This document shows positions 39,130 through 40,663 of a DNA stretch of 40,663 bases, piece after piece (the first letter of the stretch is position 1; every line of letters starts with the position of its first letter). The stretch comes from a virus (Duplodnaviria > Heunggongvirae > Uroviricota > Caudoviricetes), in IMG/VR virus record IMGVR_UViG_2802429245_000006, one strand, 5' to 3'. The notes under the pieces are model-generated. The model saw only the letters and a program-made list of their open reading frames with translations, did not search any database and had not been told where the DNA came from. The translations under genes and the position numbers were made by a program.

Positions 39130-39450
39130 TTATCCCCGATTTGAATCAGTATTCGCTTTCTTTATGGCATTTAATGCATCTGTGGCATTTTCAATGGTGC
39201 ACCGTAACGAAATATCAAAATGTCCAAGCATTGCCAGTAACAAACCGATATTACCCATATCAATGCGCATGGCCTTTTCGTCATAGTCCTCATTTTCTGA
39301 CGCATGCCACATCAGGCTACCAATTGACGCAACGGCCATTGATATATTGTCAGTCGCCCCATCCGCAGCGGAATAAACCTTTTTAGCAATATCATGCTCA
39401 CAGTTAAAATGCGGATTAATCAGGTACTGGTAATTTGACATATCAGGCAT
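39130..39450 (-). CDS. Hypothetical protein (106 aa)
   Basis: ORF in the same co-directional gene string; no family recognised. Confidence 0.45.
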   Translation of the reverse strand: MPDMSNYQYLINPHFNCEHDIAKKVYSAADGATDNISMAVASIGSLMWHASENEDYDEKAMRIDMGNIGLLLAMLGHFDISLRCTIENATDALNAIKKANTDSNRG

Positions 39451-39646
39451 GGCACACCCCCTGACGAATACGGGCGGCGAATACCATCACGCAGCCAGCC
39501 GGGGATTGCTGGCGTGCTTCCTGTTCGCTGGTGGCCACGATGGTAATCACACGCGGTTTTGCGGCGCTCAGGGCGATAAAACGCCAGGCGAATTTATTCA
39601 GGTTGTGCGAATCCCGCCCTTGCGGGTGTATGGTATGATTTCTCAT
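39443..39646 (-). CDS. Hypothetical small protein (67 aa)
   Basis: ATG at 39644-39646 with GAGGTA upstream; corresponds to the C-terminal part of the 334-aa ORF-track frame, which I consider spurious as a whole. Confidence 0.35.
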   Translation of the reverse strand: MRNHTIHPQGRDSHNLNKFAWRFIALSAAKPRVITIVATSEQEARQQSPAGCVMVFAARIRQGVCHA

Positions 39647-39742
39647 AGCTACCTCGATACTCTCGTTATCGTTGGTGGTTAGAAGCCCTGCGAGTGGTAA
39701 CGACACTTGCGGGGCTTTGTTTTTTGTTGCACTTACTGTTAA

Positions 39743-39786
39743 TGTACGTACGTAATATTGATGATAATAGGAGTTACGTACGTACA
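39743..39786. promoter_or_regulatory. Operator-like inverted repeat overlapping the RBS and start of the RHH gene
   Basis: TGTACGTACGTAA (39743-39755) and TTACGTACGTACA (39774-39786) are exact reverse complements, separated by 18 bp containing TAGGAG. Confidence 0.5.
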
Positions 39787-39977
39787 TGTCAACATTAAAG
39801 CGGGATAAATCACCACGCGGCGAGGGATGGTCGCCGACATTCCAGATACGAATTAGCAAAGAACTACGCCAGCAAGTAAACGAGGCAGCAACCGCCGATG
39901 GCCTAACCCTCGGCAATTGGTTTAAAGAATTAGCTCGTGCCGAACTAAAGCGACGTGGCATTGAACCTAAAGGCTGA
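39786..39977 (+). CDS. Ribbon-helix-helix (Arc/MetJ/CopG-like) putative repressor, 63 aa
   Basis: ...FQIRISKELRQQVNEAATADGLTLGNWFKELARAEL... has the beta-strand/helix pattern of RHH proteins; divergent from the satellite gene string. Confidence 0.5.
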   Translation: MSTLKRDKSPRGEGWSPTFQIRISKELRQQVNEAATADGLTLGNWFKELARAELKRRGIEPKG

Positions 39978-40453
39978 TGTATGACTGAAAAGCAGACCGA
40001 TAACAAACTTTCTCTACCAGAGAATAAACCAGCAGGCTTCTTACCAAGAAAAATCCTTGATGAGATCAAACGCCGCCAGCGGCGCAAGGCCAAAGAGCTG
40101 GAGTAACCATCACCAGCGCCGTGGTGCGGTGAACTGTGGCGCACAGGGTTACAGGTATCTACGATGACTGACAAATCATTAAAGAAATTATCCTCATCCA
40201 AGAAAAAACAACGCAAAAATGCGGTAAACGAACATGAACCGGAGAGATTCGCACCATGTGCGTTTATCCTTGAGAAGTACCTTAAAGAGTATTCTAGGAA
40301 AATACGCTCATTGCAGGCATGGCAGCGAATCGAGCCAGACTGATAGCATTGCCCACCAGCCAACAACCTGGTATTCTGGATATGCTCAAGTTTAGTGTTA
40401 TGCCACTGGCGGCCCTCTGCGGTCGCCTTTGTTTTATGTGCCATCACTCCCCC

Positions 40454-40663
40454 TTACACCGTCTGCGTTCTGCGAGTGGATGCAAGATAAGCATCGAGAT
40501 CAGTGCGCATATACAGCACTTTGCGCCCCAGCTTATGGAAAGGGATTTTTACCTTGCCAGTACAGGCCCAGTTCGCCAGCGTTTGATTGTTAACGCCAAG
40601 GTAGGCAGCAGCTTCAGCACGTGTAAGGCGGTCAGTTGATAAATCAGATTTCTTTAAATTCAT
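40454..40663 (-). CDS. AlpA/excisionase-family HTH protein (69 aa)
   Basis: ATG at the window edge (40661-40663); ...LTRAEAAAYLGVNNQTLANWACTGKVKIPFHKLGRKVLYMRTDLDAYL... is an excisionase/AlpA-like HTH. Confidence 0.65.
   Translation of the reverse strand: MNLKKSDLSTDRLTRAEAAAYLGVNNQTLANWACTGKVKIPFHKLGRKVLYMRTDLDAYLASTRRTQTV

Noticed and set aside
39443-40447. 334-aa minus-strand ORF spanning the right end of the satellite
   Set aside because: The translation is low-complexity (S/R/L-rich) with no motif; it runs through the operator palindrome, the hairpin and the plus-strand RHH gene with good RBS. Only its C-terminal 67 codons (39443-39646) have an RBS and are kept as a low-confidence gene.

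Overview
The window reads as an Escherichia/Enterobacteriaceae-type mosaic of mobile DNA; all calls come from reading the ORF translations and the nucleotide sequence by eye and from recalled family signatures, with no database search. Left to right: (1) 1-9800, a CP4-44/CP4-6-like prophage-remnant module on the minus strand: conserved island protein, YeeW-like protein, CbtA/CbeA type IV toxin-antitoxin, an unrecognised 215-aa gene, YeeT, RadC-like YeeS, KlcA/ArdB antirestriction protein, small Cys-rich ORF, DUF932, DUF905, antigen 43 with its three-GATC Dam/OxyR switch, YeeP-like GTPase. (2) 9850-12207, an AT-rich spacer with a small acidic ORF, then nested remnants of IS66-family, IS30 and IS911 elements. 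(3) 12542-21802, an AT-rich four-gene operon: SNF2-family helicase, small DUF4391-like protein, Type III Mod-like adenine methyltransferase, Type III Res-like helicase-nuclease. This is the best candidate for an under-described defence system. (4) 22019-23248, an IS3-family element. (5) 23972-32107, a CP4-57-like integrase-proximal module: YfjJ-like, YfjI-like with a tandem duplicated 5' end, AlpA, two unrecognised cargo genes, tyrosine integrase. (6) 32304-32395, a 47-nt tRNA-Ile(CAU)-like 3' fragment followed by an intrinsic terminator. (7) 32907-40663, a compact satellite-like replicon on the minus strand: AlpA/Xis-like protein, small genes, divergent RHH regulator with operator palindrome, primase-helicase-like protein, iteron array, SSB-like protein, lambda gpE-like major capsid, gpD-like decoration protein, HTH protein and Nu1-like small terminase, with no large terminase, portal or protease in the window. 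Family names are from memory of diagnostic motifs and should be confirmed by HMM or BLAST searches.
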